A stretch of DNA of 64,000 nt, from assembly GCF_006345805.1 (NCBI RefSeq), contig NW_021836165.1:2357-66356 (forward strand), read 5' to 3'. Position 1 is the stretch's first letter. The number at the start of each line of letters is the position of its first letter. Both the position numbers and the translations under genes were made by a program. The DNA comes from Octopus sinensis (taxonomy: Eukaryota). This document shows, piece by piece, positions 49,076 to 63,000 of the stretch. The notes under the pieces were generated by a model that was not told the DNA's origin, ran no database searches, and saw only the letters and a program-made list of their open reading frames with translations.

Positions 49076-50211
49076 AACGGTGTATTTGTATTTAAAAAAA
49101 CCATCAATATTTTTTTAAAAATTTATAAGTTTTCTTTGATTCATATGAAATATACCAAAGGATCATGTTTAAGTTTTTCCAATGACAATTTGATGTTGGT
49201 AACATATCGGCGGGTAGTAAACAGTTGGGCCTTGACATAATTATTAGTATTGTTTATAATAAATAATTTTAAAATAAAAATTAAAAAATGGTAAATATAA
49301 ATCTTCACGCGGAGAGTGGTTGAAAACATCTGATTTATATAGGTAATATTCAATACGCGGCTGGTCAGTGTCATTAGGCTTTTAATAAAGCTACTGTATT
49401 TTGTCTGGTTGTATCAAATTAAACAAAAAATAAAAAATATTTCAATCTAATTGATATCATTGATACAGGATGTACAAATATTGTATGTCTCCTGAAACAT
49501 ATTCTTTTCATATCGGCTTACCATTTGATTGGTTGTACTTGCACTTTGGAGGAGCTTAAAAATAGTACTTAGAATATTATAATTCAATGTCAAACCCATC
49601 ATTGAAATCATTTCATGAACATAGCCGTAAAATTAATATTTTATCCAATTTTGTAAGTATACCAATTAGATACTGTAAATTATAATTTCTAGACTCTATT
49701 TTTACAATTATTTAATTTTTTTAAACTGATAAATTAACATTACAAAACCGATTTTAGTGTTGCGGTAAACAGAATAAACATAACTATAGGATTTTGGCAT
49801 ATAAATGTCCAAAGATGTCACAATCTTTTCAAATAACGAAAGAAAGTAGTTTCAGAAGACGTCCAATGCATTGCCCTTTTGTCCTGTCAAATCGAGTTTA
49901 ATTATTTATTTACTTTTTCTGTTTTATTTAAGTTAACAACAAAACTACACGTTTTTAACTTTCAATTTGTCTAAAATCAGTTTATTGAAATCAAAATACT
50001 AAATCAAAAGTTAAAATTTATAATTTTTAAAACTTAGAACAGTCGGACATCATGATAGTAACTATAAAAACATTCATATTAAAATTAGAAACTTATCCTG
50101 ATCCAAGCCCTGGATCTTTAGCCTATGTTTACACCCAGCTCTATATAATCAATAAATCATAAAAGAAATATCCATATTAAAATAAAACCAAAATAAATTA
50201 GTGTAAATAAA

Positions 50212-53200
50212 TTAACGAAAGACTACTATTTGATTGAAAGAGTTTCCAACAATTTCACGGGCATTTGCATTAGGACAAATCACATCCACAGATGCTGTTT
50301 TTCATAATACGAAACCACAAGTCTTGCGTAGTACCACACATACCATTGTCAAATTTCATCGATAAATGAAACACATTCCGCCCCAAATCGTCAAAATTTA
50401 CAAACAAGCTAAAAAATATTCAACTTCTTCAACTCCGCTGACAAAATACCTACAAATCAACACGAATGTAAGCCTTGATCGGGAATGGAAGAGTGTGGGT
50501 AAATCGATACACGTTTTATAATCAGGCTGCACATTGTACCACCACGAATTCTGATAGTTAGCCAAATTTCCACTCGGGCGAACAAAACTGCCCCGTGTAC
50601 TACCGTCTGGATAACTCCTGGTTCAAATGACCACAAAACTATCTCAATGGTCCAAAATAGTACCTTTGGTAGATTAAAGTCGGAGATTTTGCCAAAAACA
50701 TTGCTGAAAACTGATTGCTGTCTCAAAAGACACGTGATTGTTGTGAGTTTGATATAACTTGAGGTTGAAACGGTACAATTAGCCAAAACTGTCAAGGTGT
50801 CAATTTATACAGCTTCAAACCTATTTCTGAGACTGACACGGTTTTTAAAAACACACTGCTGTGCTGAACTTCCAAAATATCCACTTTGGCAATAATAGCT
50901 TCCCTCTACTCCAGAAACATCCATTCGTAGAGACCCTGAACTCACTTACAACTCCAAGACTACAAATCAATCAATCAACTCAAAAACTAACATAATGGTC
51001 CTTTGAACTTGACTTTGTGCCTTTACTGACATGAACATTGAGTCGTCGTGACTGTAGGGAGGCGGATCAACCAACTCGTCCATGTTTGACCCAAACTCTC
51101 CCATTAAATTGAGAGAGGCGGCTCAATATGTGAACTCTGGGGTCGAAGTATTAAAAAACTAATATTAAAAAATCACATAATACCAAAGAATCATCCAAAA
51201 TATATCAGGAGTCGATCTGATTTTTGTGTTGTGAGGAATTAAAACTGTTCGTCAAATCCCAGTAAATCATTCAAAAGATTCCCAGATTGACCACTAACAC
51301 GAACATTGGTTAAATCAGTTGTATTATCCTCACGTCTATAAAGGTTTATTATTCACTAACGTCTAGAAACAGTTGCCACGCTATTTTCCTGTCCATATGC
51401 AAGAGATGGAGGCTTGTGAGTAATAGAAGCCATGCTTCCAATGTGTTATCATTCACTGAGTAGCTTTGGGTCAAGTGAGTCAATTTTTTCACTATGGCTG
51501 GTTTGTACTCAAAATAATCTCCTTTGCTGCCTCAGGGTCACTCGACAGGAGTCTCCAGTAAATAAATCCCCGATCTCTTAAATCAGGATTTAGACTGTCC
51601 TAATGACTGTAAATGAGAAATTGTACTTTTGTGCACAAATCCAATATTTTCTCTACCAAATCCTGTCCTGACGGATTCTTGAGATAATATTTGACAACTG
51701 AAGTCAGTAGTTGTAGTTGCACCTGTTTTATTCTAGTTTATTAAACAACCTGAATATCCTCGTCAGAGAATGTCTCGATAAATGAGTTTAGTAGTTCATC
51801 TGCATTTCTATTCGTCAGAATACTCTCCGACAATCCAAACCATCGCTGCTCTAAAGTAACCCTGATAACCCACCTTGACTCTGGTTCATCCAACAAATCA
51901 AATTCTCACAAAAATTTCCAATTTACTTTCATATTTTTCGGATATTTTCTAAATATATCCTAAACTAGTTATATCCATCAACCGAATGACTACTATAGCC
52001 TCTTGGATGATATAATCGACTTTAGACTTTACAAGTTCCTGCAGAGTGAGGACACACTGTTCTGCCACATCGGGGATCTTTATGGCACAACAACCAATGG
52101 CACGGACCGACTTTCTTACAAAGTCAATGTCTACTCCTGTGGCGTACTGAACAGTCATAAAACTCACACAAACTCCTTCAATTCAGGCAGAACTCGCTTA
52201 TGTTGTCAATGTTAGTCAGAGTGTTATAATCTCCAGTTTCTCTAATTTTACATAAATCATGTCGTTGTATTGACAAGAAATTTGCGACTTCATTACACAA
52301 CACGTTTGGCCTGAAATTTTTTAGGGTGGTTAACCTCTTTTGTAGGATTAGATTAATATTACGTACCCCACATATTGGATCTCTGAGGGGGCGGAAAGCA
52401 TAGTTATGAGAGGATTTGACAGTTTTTTGTCACACGAGCTTAAAATTCTTCATCAGTCAGTCGTTCCATCATCCTCATCATCACTTTAATTGTCGACAGA
52501 ACAACTCCTGCATTCGATGAGACAACCTCTGAGAACACGTTCACAAATTCTATATTAATTCCAATGTGGCTACGTTTTGGCCTCTTTTCTGGTGCTTGGT
52601 TGATAGGCAGCGATATAATCCAAAATAGTGATCTGTCCCCATTCTGTACACTCGTTGAGAGCATTCATCAACAGATTAAGTTCACTTTGGGATATTCTGC
52701 ATTCTTTCCCAAGGAAATCTGCTGCATCTCAGACATGGTGGCCACAGCATTAGCCACGACCTACACAATCAGATAACAGACCACCATAGAATTGGAATCT
52801 GTGAGGTAAGACTTTATATTTGAGAAGCCTTGGTCTTCTACTAGTTTAGGATTCAGTTGTAGAGTTTCCAATGCAAAGAACGCAGTTTTCCTTACATAGG
52901 GGTCACTGTCCTTTAGACATTTACGAAGTGGGTCACATAAATATTCTGTCACACAATTCACATTCATACAAGCCATAGTTCTGATTGCAAGGGCACGAAC
53001 GAGGGGAAATGGCTCGTTTGTGTCCTAACATGAGTGGTGGGATATGACTTTGACAAATGAATTGACTGCCATTATAGCCATGTCGGGGTTTGAGTGGAAT
53101 AGTTTAACAGATATATATAAACCAGTTTTTTTAATTCCAAATCAGAGGTTTGACTGACAATTCAGAACGTCAACAAACAAGGAACTAAATTACACACGTC

Positions 53201-53411
53201 AGTTATTTTGAAAAATGTTTTTATTCAAAATATGTCAGTATGTGATATTTTTGTACCTTACATCTTTTCCTGTGGTCATGAAAAATATCACTTCTTTACA
53301 GCGTCTTTCTTTTAAAAGGTTTATCGCTGGTTAATTCTGATTTTATTTCATTTAATTCGCCTATATTGTTAAATATATATTTTCAACTGTTTTTGCGTAT
53401 GTTGAGGACAT
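50212..53411 (-). CDS. AP1B1: AP-1/AP-2 complex beta subunit (beta-adaptin), multi-exon
   Basis: [99 protein letters not shown]1B1 vs AP2B1 cannot be separated. Confidence 0.93.
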
Positions 53412-53819
53412 TGGTTTTACACCAGGTTAACGAGAGATTAATTAGTTATTTATTTGATAATTTAAATATTGAATAACGTAAATCTTTATCAATATATTTA
53501 ATAATTAAAAAAAAAGAAAAGAAATAATAATAATTAACCGGCGTCCTGGTATTCTCAGTCAAACATAACTTTTGGTTTAAACTTTCAAGCCTGTCATCTC
53601 CGGGGTTTGATTATTCCTAATTTTTTCAAAATTGATTCAAATAATATTTTATTATAATTGAAAAAAATATTTTTTTTATTTGGAAAACCGAATTAAAAAA
53701 TAAATAAAATTATATATCACTTTCATTGTAACCTGTATTGTACGTACTGTCCGCGTCTCTCTATTCAAAAAAATTTCAATTTTTTCCCACCCAAAATTTC
53801 AGAAATAAAATATTAACAA
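53412..53819. promoter_or_regulatory. putative bidirectional promoter between beta-adaptin and INTS1
   Basis: Divergent starts ~410 bp apart; AT-rich with short GC-richer islands (53537-53612, 53740-53760). Confidence 0.55.
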
Positions 53820-56800
53820 ATGACAGACCGTAAAGTTTATAATAAAAAAGATTTACAAAAACAAGGTTTTTTGGATAAAACACAATTTTTTTACTTTTTA
53901 TAGAAATCAAGAAAACACAGAATTTATAGCACTCGGTAGATCCTAAATTATTATAAATAAACAGGAACAAAAATAAACTCAAAAACATCAGAAAAACTTT
54001 TCAAATCCTCGGATTTCACTCCACATATAAAACAAACAAATAACAAAGCGACAACACCTCAGGATTAAAGAACAAATCAAAAATCGACTTAGATTTAGGC
54101 TCAGATTCTTTTGGTGTTTTCAATTTTATTATTTTTAAGTCAAACCCTTCCGACCTTATGAAGGAAGCCGAGGCGCCTCGTCCGAACACGCGAAAAAGAT
54201 TGCAATTTGTGTGGAAAAGCAATTCTTTTCCGGTCAGATTTGAATTTCTTTTTCCTCTGATTTTTATTGCAAAAAAAATATTCCGACATTTTCTTGGATG
54301 AAGAAATATGAATGTTTGTTTTTTAAATTCATTTTGATTTAGTTACTTAAAGATTGATAAAAAGAGGCGGGAAAAATAGCGAATTGGAAACAATTTGTTC
54401 TCTAAATGTGATTTTCTGGAGTTTAATAACGTCCAGGAATGGCCTGTTTTTCTTATGGAGGTTTATTTTTTTATAATTATATTTTAGTATTTTCTAGACG
54501 ATTTTTTATCTGATGATCGCTGGTGTGAGTTGAAACAATGTCAGGGACTGGTCTCTAATTAATTTCCTCATTCGAACCTATCCACCACACTTTTCAACTC
54601 CAAACCTCATAACCTATCGTCCCTGTATTGTTTAGTAAAACCAATTTCCTAGTATCTATCCAAAAAGTACCCTCATTTCATCATTTAATATTTTCCTGAA
54701 TCTATGGTCCCTTTGACAGATATTTAACCACACGGAAACAAGTCGGGGACTTGTAGTCAGTGCCCTAAGCAGAAATACAAGAGAGACTACCCAGCTATGG
54801 TAAAATTGGTTGGACTGACGGCTTGTCATGATTCTGTCAAACACTTTTTGTCAGTTTGTTTGGAGCAATGGATTCAGTCCACAAAGGCATTGACAGTTTT
54901 GTTTACTTCTAGCTTGTCCTTTAATATTTGAGGCATTTGATGCGTGTTGTATGGCAAAGTGGGAGAATGTCGATTGTGATTATTTCCGCGAGTTTATTAA
55001 AAATGTCATAAAAATTCGTTTCAAAGCAAATCAGCTGACGTTGGTTGAATCGTCTTTTAAGTTATTTTTTGTATTAAAAATATTTTAGAAAATTATTGGC
55101 CGTAAATGGGATTATTTTGGCCAAATGACGAATTTTATTATTAAATGTGAGGCCAAATCGTTCAGAACTTGCGGAGGGCATTTGATTGGTCACTGTTTGT
55201 TTGTGAATAGAGAGAAATATCAACTGATGTATATCTTTGTAATTTACGATTTTAGTGTCTTGTTGATTTTTTTGTGAATTATTGTTCGATAACTCTCAAA
55301 TTGCTCTTATCAATTTGATTCGAGATTTCCTCAAGCTGCCGCTTTTCAGTGATAACTTTACTTGCTTTATTCAAAATTGTGCTCAGATCGAATGGTCCTG
55401 GTTGCATATCGACTTTCTCTTATCATTCATTTGAGGAATACTGCGACATGATGTTGAATAGGGTGCTGTGCGATGAATGATTTAGCTCATCCACAAAACC
55501 TTAAAAGTATTGACTTTTTAATTATTTTTATTAAATGATTAAATAATATTTTCAGGATAGGGGAATACATTAATACAGTCCGTCAAAGTGTCCTCGAGTG
55601 GCTAAAAAATATTTTCTGTCCATCCTGAATGTGTTAAATCACGTTTTGAGACATGGTTGTATTTTAGCTTAATTTAAAGGATTAAGCGAATTTCTGCTAT
55701 GAAGAAATTTGTCGTTACAACTTTTTACGGACAATTTAAATATAGATTCAAATGTTATTTATTGATTTACTTAACTATTTTAGGTCGATTGGAAATTTGT
55801 TTAGTTCCTCGAATTTGTTTAGAAAATTATTGCTAATTGCCAATAATCCAGTCAAATTGATTAGTCCCAACGTTGTCCAGGATATTATATATATTGGCTT
55901 ATTTTGCTGAGACTAGCGGTTTAAGTAGTTTAAGTGATTAAATATTTTATTAGATCAAACCAAGACTTACTTAATGTTGAATATGTACTGGAACTTGTTT
56001 TTGACCTTTCATTATATAATCCTCCAATGTAGAATGTTTATTGTAATATATAAGGGAGACTATCCAAGACCTGGAGCGTAGATTGCTGTCTCTGATCTGT
56101 ATTGGAGTAGTTGGATGATTGCAATGATTTTGGTAATTTTCTATGCTAAGGATCCGGCCAAATTGGTCGCAAAGTTCCCCACATTGAGTTCTCTAGTCGA
56201 GTGGTCATATCAGAGTTTTGAATTCCTAAAATTAATATTTTAGTGATTCCTTGGCAATATTTCCTCTCGAATCTCAGGTTTTATTATTTCAAAATTATTT
56301 CTCAGATTCGAGAGCAGGAAATTGTGGATATACTGAATTTAGAGAACAAACTTGCAGGAGAGACAATTAACGACAAAAACAGCCACCTCAAAGATTATTT
56401 AACTTATTTCAATGTCTAGTATCCAAGCCTATAAAATGATATTTTAGTGGACCAGCGACTACCTTCGTTTGAAATTTCGTGCTTTGCTTGATAAAGTTAG
56501 AAAGTTGTTAAAACTCGATCATTATATAATCGAAATGAACACCATTCGTTATTGTTGAGATCATTAAATAAAACAGAAGTAAACAGAAAGTAATTTAACA
56601 AATTATTTTAGAATCTATCCCGATGTAATGCAATGGTAGACAGTGCCATCAAAATTGATTGTGAGATCACACAAATCCTGGATTGTTCATTTCTCATATC
56701 ATATCTCGTTTTCAAAGTAAGTAACACGTGACTGCAAGGATTTTGTATTTTTGTATAAAATGAATTAGAGTCTCCCTCAGTGTTATTGCCATTGCTCGTG

Positions 56801-59800
56801 AATTTAAATGCTCGATGCTGCTGTGATTCGTCGTCGGTCATTCACCATCTTTTTGAATTGTTTACTTTTTGAGTCTCCCGACGAAAGTGATAGATTTCAT
56901 TCGATTTTGGTATTTTGGCCATATTTGACTTGAGGTACTCGATTTGATATTTGCTGGTGACGTGACGGCAGAACACGGAAGTTTTATTTCACAGCTCGAA
57001 CTGAAATCGTTTTTCGTGGAATGTAAACAATGATGTGCGATACATATTTAAGGTTGATAAAATTCACTAAATAAAAATATTAGGCAATTTATTCTGAAAC
57101 GAATAAACAATGCTAATGAAATATTTGTTCTTTTTGTCGAATCATATATCCATCGTTGGGACTGAAATAAATGTTTTGTACATTTCATTATTTTAGTCCC
57201 TTACTGATTGGATTATCTCCCATTATATTGTTTTTGATCAACCCGTCATCATTTAACCAATGAAGTAATCCTCAGTCTAGAGAAGGTATATCTCGGGGCG
57301 TACCAAGTCATCAAAAACAATGTTAGTTTATTTTCATTTGTAATTAATTTTCATATGCTGTTATTTTAGAGAGAGAATGGAAATTCCGATTTTCTAGCTG
57401 TTTTTGTTTTTTTGGCTTGTTTTTTAAAGAATTCTGATGGAGAATTAAGTGATTGTTTACAAGATTAGTTTCTGAACTAATTTTTCCCAGTGGTTGGGTA
57501 TAAAAGTCTTTTTTTCTCACTTAAAAATACTTTATTTTACAGGTTTTAATAGTTTTTAATTTAATTATTTAATAGTACTTAAATCAATGGATGATGAGAC
57601 GTGCCTAAGACTTCTTTGTTGCAATTTACTCCCAGATTATAAAATTGAATTTGTACTAAAAAATTGGAGAAAGATCGTCATATAGAAGTACATAACGTTC
57701 CAATAATATCACAAATTGTACAAAATTGGCAAAATAGAAATAATTCTAAGCTTGGAAGTCAATTATTAACATTTCTACATTCAAAAATAGTTGTTTATCG
57801 AGTAATACTTATCAAGTTAGTATTATAGCTAATAAAGACGACACCCACATGGAAATAGAGTCACATAATGAAAACAAATTAATTTCTGTATTTTATATCA
57901 AAATATTATTTTTTCAGATAATAAATAATTCGTTTAATGATCATTCAAAGTCAGATTTTATTAGTGTATTACTGTATTTTTGATTATGATTAATTTTAGG
58001 ACGAGTCGAGAGGGGCTTATGTGCTTAAGGATATATTGGAGGTTTACCACCTTATTAAAAAATCTATTTAGGCGGTTAATGAACTTGGAATAAAATTATT
58101 TGAATTTATCGAGAACCTTGATAACATTGCTGGCATTAAGTGTCAACATTGTGTGTAGATGTACTATTAATTATATTGTAAGTATTATTGAGTCGTTTAC
58201 TAATTAATAGTATGAAGAATATTGGGCGGAATTGGTTCCGAGTTGCTTATGAATTCCGAAACCAATTCGAATTTGTCATTAAAAATAAGAACTAAGCTAA
58301 TCAAGTATCGACTTGACCCTGAATCTTTCTTTCTAACGGAGAAATATTTGTGGTTTGTTGATTAAATATAATATTATTGACGACGACGAAGTGGTTGATG
58401 TACAGCTTTGTAAAATGGAATGCGAGGAGAAACGTAAATTCATTGAGTTTAGAGAGGATATGGAACGAGGGTATTCCTTTAGAAGAGCAGAAATGTGAAA
58501 TTCAACAACTTCTATCAACAGAGAAAGAAATTGGAGGATTTGATTGAATTCGCAGCCAAAATTGTTTTCCGTCAAAAAGAATTATCACATAAATATTTAA
58601 TCGGTTTTATACAAACAAATATTGAACGAGCACAGGTTTTTGTGTAATGTTATATTACTAAGAGTGCTAAAATTGAGTGGAGTTTGTGTAAACGAATTCG
58701 TCTCGACTATTTGTTGTGGCATTTTATTCGTGCATGTGAGGAAGCTTGTAGTCCTGATTTATATAACGCACATTCACGTTATTATATAGCATTGCAGAAT
58801 ATGATGTGGAGTCACTCAAACTTTGTATATCACAAACTGATAAGTATGTTTAATACGTAATAACTTAGTCCGGGTATCAAAACAGTCTTTATTCTCTTGC
58901 ATATATTCGAGCACCTTCTAAATTCCCGCCAAAGTGTATTCTCAGTCAAATATAAAAGTTTTTTGATTGTTGTTTTCTAGACTGCTGATTTGTTTATTCG
59001 AAGGCTTTTAGTTTTGCTTTCCAAACCCGAGACTGGACTAAGAGCCAAAAATCGAATGCAAAAAGCTTCTCTTTTTGTGCAGAAAAATAATCAAATCTTA
59101 CCCTCAGTTGTTCTTAAGGTGAGATTTGTGTTCTATTCGTAAAGATACTTGCCTTTGCTGGGCTCTTGATTGTGGGGCGGCGGGGTAATTTTACATTCAA
59201 CGAACTCACATCAAAGCATATTATCATTTTTTTGCACATGTCGTTGGCTTATTGGACTATTCATTGACATTACCTTTGAATATTAACCCAGAGGCAGTCT
59301 GCCGGATATTCGATGCTTTTATTATGCTAATTAAAGTATGTTTTAATTTATATGAATATTTATTAACATTTTTTAATGTGTAGAAAGAAAAATGCAAATA
59401 TTATTTTATTATAATAAAAAATATGTTTAGACTCAATTGGAGACTAAAAATCCACAAGGAATAAACGGAATCAAATCAATCGTAGTTAAATTGTTTATTT
59501 GATAAAGCGACTGCTCTACATGCATCCTCGTGAGACATTACGACTGCAAAGTTGGCTCTTCCATGCCTCAAGTTGATGTGCTATAAAGTAATTAAATTTA
59601 GAGAATATATTAACTCTATTTGTCATCCGGGGAGTCTTCTTTCTGAAGTGAATGCTCTTGAAGTGGCTATATCCATTGATACACGTGGTTCAAAATTTGA
59701 ATATTTTTCTCGCCGGCTGACATTAAAGAAAGACTTGATTCCTAAATTTAGTTTTGATTTAAGGAAGGAAATCATATAGAGGTATATTTAAACTACTATT

Positions 59801-60223
59801 TTTTAGATTTTTTTAGCAGTTTGCAAGAATTAGAATATATTTCCAAAACGTAGGGTTGACGTCCTTTCCGATTTGCAGGTTTTTGTTTTTGGAAAATAAT
59901 TTAGCCTGAATTGGTGGAATTTGGTAGAAATTCTACAAAACAAGTTCAAAAATTAAGTTCTCGGTTACTTTCTCGTCAGTTGATGACAAATCCGAGTGAA
60001 AGACTTGGAAGAGAGTACATAGGTCAACGACTTGATCAAATGGTCAATGAAAGTGCTAGTTTTGCTGAGATAATGGTGTTTGTGGAGGTTTTTTTGGTTC
60101 TTTCATAAATTGATAGAGTCGAGTCCAGAATTTGTTACTGCTTTATGTGATTTGGCCATAAGACGGAGTCGGACTATTTCTTTGGGGGACACTATAAGGA
60201 CGTGTGGGCTCAAATTTAATTGA
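53820..60223 (+). CDS. INTS1: Integrator complex subunit 1, multi-exon with micro-introns
   Basis: EFIALG (N-term), EWPVFLME|.FLDDFL..RW, LEQWIQSTK|L, VIKIRFK, IAVSDLYWSSWMIAMIL, FPTLSSLVEW, REQEIVDILNLE; same order as in metazoan INTS1 as I recall it. Confidence 0.85.
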
Positions 60224-60345
60224 CAATGTGTTTTATTACCAATATAATTGAATTTTTACTTTTACAATTTTAATTTTGTTTTAACAAAATGTATATTATT
60301 GAAGTATTATACTCGGTCAATTGTTTCATTCTTTAAATGTATAGC

Positions 60346-60573
60346 CAGGGGTGTGTTAAACTCATTTCTTCCGCGGGCCGGAATAAAAAAATTTAGGCTC
60401 CGCGGGCCAGACTATTTATTTTTGATTTAACAAAATTCGTACTACGATTTATAATTTTAATTTAAAATCATTTAACAACACATTTATTAATTTTTATAAT
60501 TAAAATATGTTCCAGAAACTTGACATTTTTTTTATCTTTGACATCTTTGACATCCGTATCTTTGACACCCCCG
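60346..60573. mobile_element. hAT/Buster-type MITE
   Basis: TIRs CAGGGGTG..AAAC / TTTGACACCCCCG; two CCGCGGGCC subterminal motifs; imperfect 8-bp TSD TGTATAGC/GTATATGC. Confidence 0.75.
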
Positions 60574-61329
60574 GTATATGCCATTTCTTTATACAACTAC
60601 TACATTGGACTTATCAATATTGAGATTGTAGTGATCGTAAAATACGACAAGTTTTAAAGACTTTCGAAGTAGATCTCAAACGTGCAAATAAAAAGAGGTT
60701 ATGTCTAAACCGAAAGTCTTTGAAAGGGGGATTTGCCTCGGTTTTTTTAAGAGTGAACTCATGCTCCTCCAGTTCCTGAAAAGTTCCTGACAGTCGTCAG
60801 TATTGGTTTAAAGTTGCGTTTCTTCTGTATCAAAGATGCTAAACTTGAGTTAAAATTTTTTGAAGTAGTGTATTTGTCTATTTAAATTAGGCTCAGCACA
60901 ATCTTAATCACTTTGGACCTGACGAATTGTACAGTTTATTAACACTCACTATTTATGGTGCTAGACGTACTGTTTTGACTTTTGTGGTATCTAAATATGT
61001 TTATTTTCATGTAAATTACTAGTTTTATTAATTTTAGTCAAAACAATTTCTTGAAAATAAACAGTAATAATGTCTATTATCATCCACAAGTGCATCAAAA
61101 CAGGGCTTTTAACTTTTTTAGGGGTTTTCAACTTTTTTACTCGTAATTTTGTTTGACCTCCGAAATATTTATTAAAACCCCTTAAAACATTTTTATATAG
61201 AACAGACTATCCAAAATGAAATAGAATTCTACTAACTATTTAAAATAAATTCACTGCTAACATTCAAATCTACAATAAAAACAATTAAATACTAATATGA
61301 CCCATGACTGATGTTTTTGCACAGCAATT

Positions 61330-62150
61330 TGATATTTGACTTATTTGTGTTATTTTTAAACAAATATCTCATCAATGGACACATTTTTCATTCTTTATTT
61401 ACAATTCGATGTAGAATGCTAATCACATTCAACAAAGTATGATGTCGGAAAATAGAGCAGAAATTGTGCTTTTTGTTTCACAATTGTGAATAAGTCTTTT
61501 TCAATTCATATTTTGCCAAAAAAATAACCGACGTTTATGATCATTATAGTATAGTTTAATTCTGCATTGAATTTTAACAGAATTAATTTTTCTTGAATAT
61601 TTCTTTTTTTCTCCAGGATTTGATAGCAAAAGAATTAATCATTCAAGACGGAATTTCTAATTAAAGAATATCCAAAATTCTAGTATTGAATCTTAAGAAT
61701 ATATTCAACTTAGATTAGCTCGGAAATGAGGAAGGAAAACCAATTCTGAAGAAATTCATCATATTGTGATGCACAATGATTTCACAAGTGGAGGCAGCTA
61801 CTATTCAAATCAGATGGGAGGAATACGTACACAAGTAGCTAAAAAAAAGGCCTAAAGAGTGGCATGGTACGTATCCGAATTCAAATCTCAAACAAAAATG
61901 GTTTTATTTTTTATTTCTTTCTGATTAAATTTTTTCAGTGTTTATAATAATCTAAACAATACTTTTTGGTTAGCATTAGCAATTTAGAGATTCTTTAAAA
62001 CTTTAACCTCTTTAGTAGGCCGTTACAACTGTTTTATGTCCAAAGAATGATCTTTTTCGTCGACATGATAATTTTAATAATGAGCTAAAATGAACGTGTA
62101 TTTTACTAATCAGAATCTTATTAATGAATTTTATTGAAATTACGGCTAAT
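61330..62150 (-). mobile_element. hAT (Buster) transposase C-terminal remnant
   Basis: KAQFLLYFPTSYFVEC dimerisation-like motif at ~61425-61475; extent approximate. Confidence 0.5.
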
Positions 62151-62890
62151 CAATCATTTCACAAAAAGAAGCTACTCAAAGATAATCATTCATATCTTAT
62201 TGCAGAAAAAAATTCAATATTTTTTTGATAGTCCCATCACTTTTTCTACATAAAATTTGACATTTTTCAATTAAAATGCAGTTTTTGTTGGTACTTCAAC
62301 ATTCCTCGGCTGCCCTTTCAGCCCATCTGGGCCACCTGGCGAAGAAGGACCAGGAATTCCGTGACCTAGCAAACAGGCTTTTGACACTATAATCGCACAT
62401 CGTCTTCTTCTTCATAAAATGCAGCATACACATGCCGAACGGCTATACACGCTCCGCTGCCTGCTATTCCCATCTTGACATACTATCTTCCATGGAAAAC
62501 GCCCTGAAATCTTCGACGGAGGCAGTTCTGAACATCCCACTTTTCCTCAGTATCCAGAAGCCGTCAGCTAGTCCAACAGGCTCGTTATACGTTATATACC
62601 TTGTTGGTGGAATCCTACGAGTGATAAAAAACAAATAAATGGTACTGAATATAATTGCAGAATTTCTCGCCTCCAAGTTGAATTCTCGACACGGAGAATA
62701 TGGATGTTGAGCATATCAAAGATGCTCAGAAAAAATTAACGAATTTTCTCGATTATAACACGCAGATTTTTGTTATATAAATAATTCCAATAATATGGGA
62801 TGATGAGTTTTATAATCAATAACTAAAAAAATTCAAATTTTAGAAAATACCATTGTCAAACTCACTTTGACGCACTGACATTGTGCAGTT

Positions 62891-63000
62891 TCCAATTCAA
62901 CTAATCGAACTTAATTCAAAAATTCTATTTTTGTTTTTTTAATATTTATTTAGAAAAAATATTGTTTCGATATTATTACAGTATTTTTCTTTGAATACAG
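62891..63000 (+). pseudogene. duplicated fragment of the TBC1D24-like gene including its intron
   Basis: TTTTTTAATATTTATTTAGAAAAAATATTGTTTCGATATTATTACA is identical at ~36152-36197 and ~62935-62980. Confidence 0.7.

Noticed and set aside
49440-49900. Small minus-strand gene with micro-introns
   Set aside because: Open stretches exist, but no start, family or consistent exon chain could be established.
50044-50120. C/D snoRNA (ATGATA...CTGA)
   Set aside because: Box C is imperfect and no recognisable rRNA guide is present.
53540-53612. U5 snRNA
   Set aside because: The invariant loop I GCCTTTTAC is absent.
50212-60223. Pseudogenisation, programmed frameshifting or a variant genetic code in beta-adaptin and INTS1
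   Set aside because: Lesions are scattered 1-nt indels, often in homopolymers, across all genes, as expected from unpolished long reads; no consistent stop-to-sense pattern seen.
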